DNA from: Setoptus koraiensis
Taxonomy: Eukaryota > Animalia > Arthropoda
NCBI GenBank assembly: GCA_048013815.1
Contig: CM106586.1
Coordinates: forward strand, 21,018,001-21,082,000
Direction: 5' to 3'
DNA length: 64,000 nt
The notes under the pieces are model-generated. The model worked only from the letters and a program-made list of their open reading frames with translations, searched no databases and had not been told where the DNA came from. How positions within the stretch are numbered: the first letter of the stretch is position 1; each line of letters starts with the position of its first letter. A program made the translations under genes and the position numbers. This document shows, piece by piece, positions 34,901 through 47,019 of this stretch.

Positions 34901-37900
34901 CGGAAATGTCGTCATTGCGGGCCGCGACACGGAACGAATTGCGTAACATCGATTGCCGAATTGGGCCCCAATGGCGGCGAAATGGCGGCGAAATGGCGGC
35001 GAAATGGCGGCGAAAATAAAAATAAAAATGGAAATGGAAAGGATGAGCAAAACGAAAATGAAACGTTGCCGAAATGTTTGCTTGTCGGGGCGTGCTAACA
35101 ACGGGCCCCACAACGGAACCAGCTCAATGGCCCGTTGTGCCGAACAGCAAACACGTCGGTCACACTCGGCCGGCACAGGTGAGCCGCCCGTTCGCTTGTG
35201 ACGGGCCCGTTGGGCCGTCAAATGTGACTGCCGGCCAGCGCCGGCCAGCAAACTAACGGCGCGCTCAAACATGGCGAAACATTATCAGACACCATGAAAG
35301 GTTTCGCTGCTTTTGTTCGTTTTTTGGGGCGCTCGCTGGCCGACTGGGCGCACTCAAGCGCTGCACTGGTGCGCTGGCTGTGGCGCCCGCTGGCCAGCGA
35401 GCGCCCCAAAAATCCAAAGAAGCCATTGCTGGCCGTTCGGGCCGGCCGCGGTCAACGGCGCTCGGGCCGGCCGCTGTCAAGGGCGCTCGGCCCGCCAATA
35501 TCATATTGGCAATATGCCCAGCCAGCCAGCCAGCGCACAGGTAAATAGATGGGATAAGAGTCCCTAAGCTCACCTTCGTCGGCCACCACCTCCAGCCGGC
35601 CCCTGTTGACGATGTACATCTCGTGACCCACTTCGTTCTTGCGGCACACGTAGTCGCCCGGGCTGAACAGCACGGGCTTGAGGCGGAGCACCAGCTCGCA
35701 CAAAAATCCCGCCTCGGTATTTTGGAAGATCTCGACGCGCTTCAGGGTGCCCAAATGCACGTGAATGGCTATTTCGGCCTTGAGTCGGTCGGGCAGGCAC
35801 GCCACTGATTTGTCTTCGTCGCTAGATTTTTGCGACACCCATAAATAATCGAACCTGCTCAGTGGTTCGGGCAACCGCATCGCCGTTATTGTCGCCGTTA
35901 TTATCCGTTTGTGGCACCATCGCGCGTTCGAATGTTCCAATGTTTGCATGTTTGTACGTTTGCATGTTCATATGTTTGTATGTTTTTATTATTGTATGTC
36001 GCGGGTTCGCGGGTTTGCGGGCCGGGCGGCCAGACGCGAAATCGCGTGCGCGTCGTCGTGCAGTGTCACCGCCGGTTTTGGCCGGTTTTGGCCAGTTTTG
36101 GCCGGTGCGAGGCGAGCAGAATGGGGCGAATAGTGGACAGAACAGAGTTAGCGCCGGACAAAATCATGGCAGCGGCAGCGCCAGCACAGTGACTTATCGC
36201 TCTTGTGTGACTCACCATTTAATCACCTTGTCTTGGAGTTCGTCCGAGACGCGCCTCATACGCAAATATGTCTTGACTGCGTCCAACTTGGCTGCCGTTT
36301 TCCGTCATGTTACGTCGCGTTACGTCATGTTACGTTGTATTGGGTTGTGAAATGGGTTGTGTTGTGTAATGTTGTGTTGTGTTGCGTTTTGCGTGACCAG
36401 CGCCACAGGCGCGGTTAGTGGACAGCGGTTTGTTTGGCGTGTTTGCGTTTTTGTCGGCAACACGGCCACCACGAGCATGCCGATATCATCATGTGGCGCG
36501 CGCGCGTGTATCATGTGTCAAGTGTCATTTGTCGTGTGTCGCGCGCGTTGCGCGTGTCATATGGCATGCGGTGACGTGCGACAAGTGACAGGTGACATAT
36601 GGCGTTGGCGTTGCCAGTTGCACCAGTTGGCAAGACGACGTTTCAAGACGAGTTGGCACAGAAATGGCGCAGCCAGAGCGCGACAATCGCACAGCGGCAG
36701 CGGCAAAACAATCGCACAGCGGCAGCGGCACAACAATCGCAAGGCAGCAGCGGCACGACAATCGCACACAGAGGCCCAAGGTGAGCAAGCAATAATAACA
36801 ACAACAACAACAAGGTACAAGTTTAATAATAAGCGCTGCAATGAATTGAGGCCGCCAGGTAGCAGCAGCTGTGCGGTGTCGTATGTGGATAAATGGCGGA
36901 TATAAGGAGGATATAAGGCGAATGTGTGTGCATTGTCTTTCGAACTCACCTTGAAATTCTTTTCTCGCCGCGCTCACGTTTGTCACAATGTTGGCAACGT
37001 GTCCAAGCACCGAGGCGAACAGGAACAGGCCAAACATGAGCTCGACAGTTACAAAAATGTACTCGCTCTTGGTGCGCGGTTTTGGCAAGCCGCCAATGGT
37101 GGTGAGAGCCTGGCATTGGCAATGGGAGCGCAAGTGCGAAGATTGAAATTGAGACGCCAAATTGAGACGGCAAATTGAGATAGTTGAGATGGTAAATTGA
37201 GACGCAATTGCGAGACACGGGCACAATTATCATCATATCACTATCATTATATTGCGTAATCATCGCCGAGCCGAGCGTAATTGCCGGTGATTGCCGGTAA
37301 TTGAGCGACTGAGTGATTGAGTGTTAGGGCAATTGAGAGTGTGACTCACCAGAGTGGACCAGTAGAAGGCGTGCAGATACTGGCAGAGGATGTCGTCGCA
37401 CTTGTTGTCAATCATGTACAAATCCTTGATGTCGATGATATCTGATAGGAACGATACGAACAATCATTTGTAGTTTACGATGTGACGCAATTTAAATTTA
37501 TAGGTCAATTATTATCAATTAGTTGGTCAGTCGGTGGCAGCACGCGCCACGAGTCACTGGTGACCAGTGGAGCCGGCTGAATTTGTCTGAATTTGGCCAG
37601 ATTTGTGCAAATTTGTCCGGACGAATCTAGACAAATGTGGCCAAATGTGGCCAATTTCAGACAAATCTAGACAAGTGCGCCAGACGAATGCGCCAGACGA
37701 ATGCGCCAGATGATGCGCCGGACGAAACGGAACTCACTCTTGGTGGATATCATGTGAAATAGGCAGGCGTTCCAGTGGAATATCACTAATATGTAATGGA
37801 CCAGTGTGAATGTTCTAAACACGTTGGGATAATTTGTGTGGCGTTCCGTTCTGTCTAAATACAGCCAAAATTTGTATATTTTCACTAGTCGCGTGCAGCG

Positions 37901-38467
37901 CAATATTGAGTTGAAGCCAATGCTCAAATACAAGAAATCCAATGGCAACAAACAAAAGCAATCCAGATAAAACGTTGTACAGTCCATATAATGTTGACGC
38001 AATTTATCAATATTATTCTGCAATACGCCGTCCTCTAAATAACCCGTACGGAATGATATTATTATGTCTAACAAATAGATAAAGTCAGCAACATAATCCA
38101 ATGTAAACCAAACATACACACTCTGCGAATTGATCTCTTGGAAGGCAAATCTGTAGCTGAGCGACCAAAAGTTGTACATAAAGGCAAAGCTCACTATCAT
38201 GGACCAATGATAGCACAACTGACCCGACGGATCCAACACAATGGGGCCCTTTTTGGGGGCCCCCGATCTCTTGTTGGCGACACTTTGTTTGCTGTTCGCT
38301 ATGCTTGTTTGTTTGCTGCTGCTGCTGTTGTTGTTGTTGTTGTTGTCTTGGCTGTTTGTTGTTGCATTGGCTGCTTCATTCTGTTCGTCGCAAACAATTA
38401 GCGACACCATGCCGCTGTTGGCCTTTATCAGCGACTCTCGCCTTGTCTTGTCTTGCGAATCGGCCAT
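31952..38467 (-). CDS. Cyclic-nucleotide-gated cation channel subunit (Drosophila CG42260-like), at least 1258 aa, 8 coding exons
   Basis: Exons 38467-37738, 37441-37350, 37109-36950, 36291-36216, 35854-35574, 34785-34646, 34434-33189 and 33003-31952 all have GT..AG borders with compatible phases (3777 nt). They encode S1-S5 ([12 protein letters not shown]...[13 protein letters not shown]), pore [17 protein letters not shown]6, the C-linker ([47 protein letters not shown]) and the CNBD (FGEISIL...[17 protein letters not shown]). An acceptor at 38491 means upstream exons may exist. Confidence 0.93.
34970..35013. repeat. 11-bp tandem repeat AATGGCGGCGA x4 (CNG intron)
   Basis: Seen directly. 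Confidence 0.9.
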
Positions 38468-39710
38468 TGTGGCCAGCGCACGACCACACACTGCAATTAA
38501 TTACTGTAATTGTCGTAATTATTGGTCGTTGTTGTTGGTGGTAATTATGGACTTGTCACTTTAAACTGCTATTGCTCTACGTTATATTGCTGTCCCTTAT
38601 TTGGGTCGTTGCCGTCGTTGCCGTCGTTGCTGTCGTTGCTGTCGTTGCTGTCGTTGCTGTCGTTGGGGTTGTTCTGGCCGTTGGGGTTGTTCGGGTCTTT
38701 CGCAGTGGGTTGGGATTTTCGGGCGCCAGTCGGGTGGCTTTCGGCTCGTCAGTGACGGCGCGAGTCGGCGCCTTCACCGGGCTTCTGCCTGAATCCGCTT
38801 GAACGCGCTCGGGCCGGTCGGCTGGCTCGCTGGCGTGACTGCCCGCATGGCCGCCAGCACTTGTTGTCGTTGTTGTCGCTGTTCGTTGTTGTCGTTGTTG
38901 TCGCTGTTGTTGTTGTCGTTGCTGTTTGTTGCTGTCGATGCTGTTGTTGTCGGTGTTGGTGTTGTTGCTGTTTGCCGTTGTTTCTTGTTGCTTGCTGTTG
39001 TTGGGCCGGCCTCTCGGTTTGGCTGGCGCTGGACTCTCACGAGGGTGGCGCTGCGGTAGCTGGCCAATGCTAATGTCGGCCACTCGCACACGATTCGATG
39101 GAAGTGTCTTGGCTGCTCGTACCTTGCAAATGTTGTCTCGTTCTTGTCAGTGCTGCACGTCGCCACTAGTGTCCACTTAAACTTAATTCTGAGCCTGTCG
39201 CTGTCCCCGACCGAATGTAAGTGACTCGCAAACGACCCTATGCGCTCTCTCGAAATTAATAACACGCCGCTTCTAGGTCATTCAGCGACTTACTCGGTGC
39301 ACACAAACTCGCAGCGAGCTACTCCTCAGCGAGCTTGCCATTTGCGAGTCCTCGCGGCGCGCCATTCCCGCTAGCGGCTACGGATAGTGCGCGAACTTGC
39401 GCCCTTCTCCTCACCGCTGGCTGCTCGCTAAACAGACCCAGCGCTCAGACGGCAACGACGAGCAGCGAAATGACGCCAAAAGAATGCGCCACCATGTGTG
39501 TCGACAACATGGCGGCAACATACAATCACTATAGCTCGCGAGCTATGGCTCGGTGCGGCAGCTCGCGAACGCGCTAGGTGCAGCCGCACAGCGCGCATTT
39601 GGCTTGCTGGAGTGCGCGTGCAAATCCGGCCTGCGCCTGCCGAACGGGCACATGAGCCGCTCATGATGCGCGCCGACCTGCGTCGCGTCGCGCAGACACA
39701 CCCCGTACAC

Positions 39711-39790
39711 ATATGTGCGGATATGTGCGGATATATGAGGATATGTGCGGATATGTGCGCCTATGTGCGCCTATGTGCGGATATGTGCGG
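39711..39790. repeat. 10-bp tandem repeat ATATGTGCGG x8 with variants
   Basis: Seen directly; variants include CTATGTGCGC and ATATATGAGG. Confidence 0.92.
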
Positions 39791-39911
39791 ATCAGCAACG
39801 CGCCCACGTGTGTGCGGATGGCTCGCCGGGACCCTCGTTGTATACGTGATATATCAATAGCGTGCTGACGCTGCCAAGATTCGTGTGCATAAGTGGTGCG
39901 CGGCGCGCATC

Positions 39912-39976
39912 AATCTTGTGCGCTAATCTTGTGCCCTAATCTCGTGCGTTAATCTCGTGCGTTAATCTTGTGCATT
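39912..39976. repeat. 13-bp tandem repeat AATCTYGTGCNYT x5
   Basis: Seen directly. Confidence 0.85.
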
Positions 39977-41916
39977 AATTGTTTAGCCGCGCCACAACAA
40001 ACAAGCGAGCAAGCGAGCGAGCCACTCTGGCGCCGAGCTGCGCCCCGCTCGTTGGGGCCCCGCTCGTTGGGGCCCCCGTCCGCACGGGCCCACCAAGCGC
40101 GACCGGCCGACACGCTTTCAAGCTGGCTAGACATGATTTCCGCAGACGCCGTTATTACATAATATTTATGCGATAGCTGTCAGTGGGTGACATTCACTTG
40201 TCTGGCGGCGCACAATTGCGGCCAGTGCGCCCATGTGCGTCCGCTAATGTGACACATATCGCACTATATCGCACATTATATAAGCAAATGGCACGAACGG
40301 GGCCCCCGCGCACTGTGTGTGTGTGTGCAAACGCCAATCACGCCGGCCCCATTCACCATTTATGACAAGTGCGCGTATATGTGTGGCTGGCGGTCGCACT
40401 GACCGCATCACTGGGACGGTTATTATTTGTTGTTGTTGTTGTTGCGACGCGGCGCATTGTCTTGGCCGTTTCGGCCGCGGACAACTGAGCGGCGACGGGC
40501 GCCCGCACAAGAAAACGGCACGCCACAAACCGGGCCGACGGTGCGGCCTTTGTCCGCCGCTCAGTCGCCCGCCGCTCAGTTGTCCGCCGCTCAGTTGTCC
40601 GCCGTTCAGTTGTCCGGGGCGCCGCTCGCGGCCAGTCATTTGATACAATGGGCTAAATATAGCTTTGCAACGCAATTGCAATTTGCGCCCGCGACCGCAA
40701 ATTGGCCGCCGAAGTTGCTTGTTTCACTTTTTGGGCGCTCGCCAGCGCCGCTGCGGGCGGCCGTCGAGTGGCGATTCGCGTCGAGACTCCCAACTTGAGC
40801 GTCGATCGGCGTTCGGCTCGCGAGTCGAAACATTTGAGTGGCATTCGGAGAAACGGCCGAATTCGGGCCGAAATCGGGCCGAAATGGAAATTGGCCGGCG
40901 AGTGGGCGAGCGCTTTTAAGCTGCGCTTGCAACTTGATATCGGCGCCATCAAGTTGAGACCTGCGCCCCCGACCGGCGGCATCAATGTCGGCGGCCCCGA
41001 TTTGCGCGTGATTTATGGGCCGATGAGCGGTATCGTTCTGTCGGCCGCCAACAGCCGCTATGATTGATAGCTGGCGCATTACGGGCGGCCTCTCGCGGCG
41101 GTAAGGTTGCCCGAGGTCGCCGGTTTAAACCGGCCGGCCGGCCAGTCGGCCGCTCACTCTGCTGGCCCGGCCGCCAAGGGCAAACGCTAAGTAATTGCCA
41201 ATTAGTGCCTGCCATTGTGACACTCACTAACAACATGTTACAATTATATATTGCTCAGATCAACTAACTCACCTGTCCTCTACCTGTCCGCCGGCTGAAC
41301 GCAGCCGGCAGCCGGCACACGGCGACAGCCAGCCGAATAAAGTGGCCAAATGGCTATACACGGCAGCCATTAGCTAATTTGGGGCCGGGGCCCCAGTTTT
41401 GGGCCCGGTGGCTGGCCCACTTTGGCCGCTTATTGTCAATATCCATCATGTGTGTGTGCGTTGAGATGCGATTGCCATTTATCTCATGCGGATTTCTCTC
41501 AGATTGCCGGGCGCTGATCGATGGGGCCCGGCGCGGTTCAAGTGGCAAGCCGCTGGCAGGCGCTCATTTTGCCAGATTATTATTCAATTACTGCATGCAC
41601 ACAACAAACACTCCGGCGGGTAATTGCAGCCACGTACGAGGCCACCTACGAGCCGGGCGAGATGCCGAATTATGGCTTTGTTTGTTGTGCCCAACTAACA
41701 ATCAATTGCGCGCGCAACTCACCATTAGAGTGCCGGGCTCGGCTGCTCGGGTCCCGCACGGTGTAGCTGTGGCCGCGGCCGGGCTCGGCGGGCTGTCGCG
41801 AGCGGCAAGCTCGATTAGCCGTCGTTGCAAGTTGGAGCGGCCCCCCCCCCAGTTGGTTGCGGCCTGCCAGTTGGAGCCGCCAACGACGCTAATGCTCGCT
41901 CGGCATCGCGCAACAT

Positions 41917-41968
41917 TTGAATATTTCAACTTGAATATTTCAACTTGAATATTTCAACTTGAATATTT
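41917..41968. repeat. 14-bp tandem repeat TTGAATATTTCAAC x3.7
   Basis: Seen directly; followed by the palindrome CACTGGAAA-T-TTTCCAGTG at 41970-41988. Confidence 0.92.
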
Positions 41969-43566
41969 TCACTGGAAATTTTCCAGTGCTCAAACTTTGC
42001 GGGCCTCAAAGTCAGTGATTTAAGGCCCCAAATTCATACTGTACAGTGTACTGTGCAGCACACTGTCGGTGGGGCACGCTTTTACAGTTGGCTCGCTCGG
42101 GCCAACTTGCGAATTTGTTGCGGGCCGGCGCTTGTCGTGGGCGCTTGTCGTCGGCGCGGCTTTTAGGGTAATTCGCATCTTTCGGTAGTAGGCATTGGGC
42201 TAGATGGCGCGCGCATTTAAATGATGGCACGAGCATATTTGTTGAAACGGAACAGATCCTCGAAATTGATGATCCGGCAAACAGGCTTCTGGGGCTCCGG
42301 CGCCCAGCTCGCCCAAGTCTCGCCCGAGTCTCGCCCGAGTCTCGCCAGGGAGGCCCCACAGACTGTGTGGCACAGAGCCCGAGAAGCGGGGAGCCCCATA
42401 AAAGGGGAGTCTCGGAATGAGGGGCCCCAGAAGCGGGCAGACGGTGCGCAGACAGGCACGGCCGGCGCGACAGACACTCGTTGCGGGGGCAATGAGACGG
42501 CGAAAAGTGTCGCCACTGCGGCGCAACAACATTATGCCAGCCAGTGAGGGGCTCTAATGAAGGCATTCTGGCGCGGATTCTTCGCCGGCGCGCATATTTA
42601 TCAAACTTGCACTGTGCAAGTTGCACAGCCAGTCGGGGGCGACAAGCGCCCACCGGAGAGCCCATTCGCCAGCCGAAAGATTGTCGCCGCCAGTACATTT
42701 ATCAAACCGGCGCCGTCCCATCAGCGCCGTCCCATCAGCGCCGGCGAGCGCAGCCAGCCAGCCATTCGAAGCGACCAATGCCGCTTCGAATGGGGCCCCG
42801 CATCGAGCGACTGACGCTCGCTCGAATGGGGCCCCAAATAGACGCTCGTCATCGCAGGGCCGCCATTGACTGGCTCGCCGCCGGCCCGAGCAGCTTGGCG
42901 CTATTAAGTACTAATAGCAGCTTGTAAAGTGGAGCATTCGCTCATTAAATGTCCGCCTCGGTGATCACACATTTGGGCCTGTCGCATTGTCGGCGCGTCT
43001 CGCCGGGCTCGCCGGCTGCACCGCTAGACTCTAGCGGCTAGAGCCCGCCGATATGATGTGCGGCTCGGTTTGTCCAGTGGCCGCGGATTACGGCGCACGT
43101 ACTCGTTTTATAATACAGATTATACAGCGAGTTGCTTCTCGGAGTAGCTCGCCGGCCAGACTCTGGTGCGCGTTCTTTCCTCGCGCGGCCTGTCTCTGTC
43201 GGGGCCCCTCTCCGCCGTGGGATTGGCCTGTTTGGGTTTTTCGCTTTGGGGCCCCGGTCGCTGTGTGGCCACGCTTATCGGGCTGCGTCCGATGAGTTTT
43301 TCATCAGTTTGGCTCATTTGAGTGGCCGGCCAAGCGAGCGTATCATAAATCTAAACGAGCGACGCCAACGACGATCGCATCACACGGCCCAAAGATAACC
43401 GAAGGCTCGGCCGCGACAGCCGGCCCTCACCTCAGGTAAGTTGCCTGGTCTGAGCCGCTTTGCGGGCCGACCAGGCGAGCTGACCGGCGGTGCTCATTGC
43501 CGGATTAGACTAATAGAGACGGTCGACGCTGGCAGTCGTTTAGCCTCGCGGCAGCCGGCGAGGCCC

Positions 43567-43598
<32 letters not shown>

Positions 43599-43710
43599 TA
43601 TTAAAACAGTTATACGCTGGCAGTTATAATAGCAACGTTGCGCAAATATCACCGCGCACACACACACACTGTCACCGCTTTTAGCGAGACACTTTTGGCG
43701 AGCTCGCGCT

Positions 43711-43766
43711 GGCGAGCTAGCGATGGCAAGCTAGCGATGGCAAGCTAGCGATGGCAAGCTAGCGAT
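43711..43766. repeat. 14-bp tandem repeat GGCRAGCTAGCGAT x4
   Basis: Seen directly. Confidence 0.92.
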
Positions 43767-45225
43767 GGCGAACGTTGCGGCCGAGCACGCTGGCCACGCG
43801 GATAAATAAACGGGGCCCGTGCGAGCTGGCTGCATCACAGTGTATCACAGTGACACGCCGGGTTGCATAATAGTCGCCGGAGCCAGCTTGCGCCCGTTAT
43901 ATCAGTTATAAATTTATACAGTCTCGCGCTGTTTTATCAGCGTCACACGAGCGCGCTTGTTTACTGAGGGCGCAACAAAAAGTGGGGCCCCGCCACACAG
44001 CCGGCGACACTGAGCCGCTCGGTCCGAGCGTCGGGCGGCCTCGCTGGCTGGCTCGCGGATGCGGCCGACGCGCCGATCGCGCCAGCATAATGAGACAATA
44101 TTCATTTAGCGCTGTTGTTTATGGCGCACAGTTTGACTTTTGAAAATGTTTGTTTATCACAAAATGTGTTTGTAATCTCTCGGCGTCGATACTCGCCTCC
44201 CATGGGCTCCGGCGCAGGCTCGTTGCTGAGACACACACACACACAGCGGGCTAATTTACATATTATGCAATAAAATGAGCCTCGTCGTTTTCGCGTTATC
44301 GTTGCTCGCTCGCGCGGCTGCCGTCGGGCCACGGGCCCCATTTATTCGCCGGCGTTTATTTATCCGCACAGTGGATAAATTTGCGCGATACATTGTGCAC
44401 AAAGTTTGCAGTGACGTCGGTGCGCCCCGGTCTGTGTGCGCGGCCCCTCCGAGCGGCCAGTTGTGCCCGTGTGCGGCTCGCGTTCGAGTGTCGGCTCGGG
44501 AAGGGATTAAATTTTTCGTCGTATGGCTGCAGTTGGCGCCGCCGACGGCCGACTCGCTCGCTCTGACAATGATTTAATGCGCGGCGCCCCAAGATCGGGC
44601 CCGATAGCCGCTGATTGATTGGTGCGATGCGTGGGCCGCTGGCCGCGACCGGGGCCCGCGGCCCGCGGGCTGCCAGCCCCGTTTCCGTGACCAATGGCAC
44701 GCCGGCCCGCTGAATATGCGAGCGACATTCGAGCAGCGCGAGCCGCATCATTGTCCGCGCGGCGGCGGCGCCATTTCGGCCATTTCGGCCATTTCGCTCA
44801 TTTCGGCCGTTTCGGCCGTTTCGGCCATGCCAACGCTTGACAGCGGGCGTCGGACGATGCGTCGGCGGCCGCGAGGGCGCGACGGGCACGCAGCGAGCCG
44901 GCCAATTGACAGGCAGATATGATAAATTATGTCAGGCACAAAGATGAAACAATGATCGCCTGACAAAATTGCAATCGGCCAAGAATCGGTGGCGCCATTG
45001 TTACAATTGGGGCTCAGTTCGGTGGCCGCTCGCTGTCGGCCGTTGCGGTGTCCAATTCGGGCGAGCCGATTGGCGCGAGCCGGCGAGCTGGCGACGCAAC
45101 AACGCCCCGCTGACCATCGCAAACAGCCGCGGCCCCACGCACCCGCTGGCCTCTTGTGCGGACGTACGAAGTTGGTATTGCGAACGGGCGCGCGGAAATA
45201 TATGACACATATAAAAGGAAAACTC

Positions 45226-45288
45226 GCCAGCGACTCGGGGCCAGCCAGCGACTCGGGGCCAGCCAGCGACTCGGCGCCAGCCAGCGAC
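45226..45288. repeat. 18-bp tandem repeat GCCAGCGACTCGGGGCCA x3.5
   Basis: Seen directly. Confidence 0.9.
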
Positions 45289-46936
45289 AGTTGGCGTTGG
45301 CCCAGTGCCGAGGCGACGCTGCGCCCGAACGGGGCCCACATTGTGCGGCGCGACATGGTCGGCGCCGTCAGCGGCAGCATCAATTGATGCTGGCTAGCGG
45401 GACCGCAGCGCCCTCAGCGCCCCTAGCGCACACCCCAAATACAGTGCCGTGCACAGTGCGTGTCGGGTGCATGGGGCCCCGACGCGGCACACAATGCGAG
45501 CTTGACAAGCGAGCACAATGAGCGCCGCTGGCTCGCGCAACCATTATCATGTCATTGTTTGGTTAACTATAATAAATGTCGTAATGTCATAATAAATAAT
45601 AAGTGTATTTCTCACTGGGCTCGTTGCGTCCCACGACAAAAAACAATTCTCAAAACAACAACAACCGCGCATACATGCCGCACCGTTCGCACTCCACTGG
45701 CGCTGGCCCCAGTTCGAGAGACAGAGAGAGAGAGAGATTCACCCCTTTCATACCATTCATCAGCATCATTATACTTGGCCGAGTGGGGCCCGCAAACATA
45801 ACCTCGTCACAACAACGAGCTCGTCGTTGTTGTGCCACTGCTGCGCCACGTTGTGAGCGCTTGTTAGCTGGTTTGCGCGTGATGAGGCCCGCTTATTATC
45901 AAGTCAAAGTCAAATTCAAAGTCAGAGTAAATGCGAACAATGCGCTCAACCGGCTGCCTCGCCGACAACACTGCACTCAACCAAATAAATATACAAACAA
46001 CAGTTTTGATGTGACAATAATTAGCTCGACGACATTCCGCCCGGGCCGCCGCTTGGTCCAATTGCAGTGCGCATTGCGTGTCCCGTTGGGCGCCAGTGAC
46101 GCAGCGACGTAACCCGCCGGCTACCGATGGGCCGCCCAATCACTGGCTCGACTGCGCCCATTCGAATTGGCGCTCATTCGAATGGGCGCTGGCCTCATTT
46201 TGGCCCCTAATTACCGAATGCGCGTCTCGCGCATTTATGCACGAATATCATGAGTATTACTCATTGAGTGAGAATTCTTCTCGCTGTCGCAAGCAGCCTC
46301 CGACGTTAATAACGTCAGGTTATATAATTGCGAAACAATTATATAAATACATATATAAATTATATTAATATGACGATATTTTTGGATCGAGTTGAGGCAC
46401 TCAGAGCAACACGCACAAACAAGACCAGCGCTGCGGATGTTGCTCGTGCGCGGATGTTGCTCGGCGATATTGGCGCGCGCCTCAACTGCGGAGCTGCCCG
46501 ATTTCATCTGATCTGATTAATTGTATTTGATTATTTGTATCCGATTATTTGTATCCGATTCACTCGTGTCTGATTTATTTGTGTCCGATGAGACACTCCA
46601 GCACTCGAGTTTCGCGATGGGGCCCCACCGAGGCCACAAGTGATGGCGTGAGCACTTGAGACTCTCAAGTTGAGAGTGGCATGCCGACAATGAGGCCGCA
46701 ATCAGTTGAGCGTCGCCGTCGGTTTCTCGGGGGCCCCTTGACGCTCGATTAGGGCCGGCGAGGGGGGGGGGAGGGGGCGACAATTCGTACATGACCATTG
46801 TTGACTGGCAAATGAGTTTGTGTTGGAATTTTGTCCGTTTATGTCGGTTATCCGTTTAGCCGTTATCATGCAGCTTATTCAGGCGGCTTTTCTGGCCACG
46901 CTGTCGATATATCACGATAAGCATCGCGCCTTAGTT

Positions 46937-46937
<1 letters not shown>

Positions 46938-47019
<82 letters not shown>
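46938..47019. repeat. (TTG)n microsatellite
   Basis: Perfect run of ~27 units. Confidence 0.97.

Noticed and set aside
38577-39265. ORFs upstream of CNG as definite N-terminal coding exons
   Set aside because: They are low-complexity or unrecognisable, and I could not establish a phase-compatible donor to the 38491 acceptor, so they were left out of the model.
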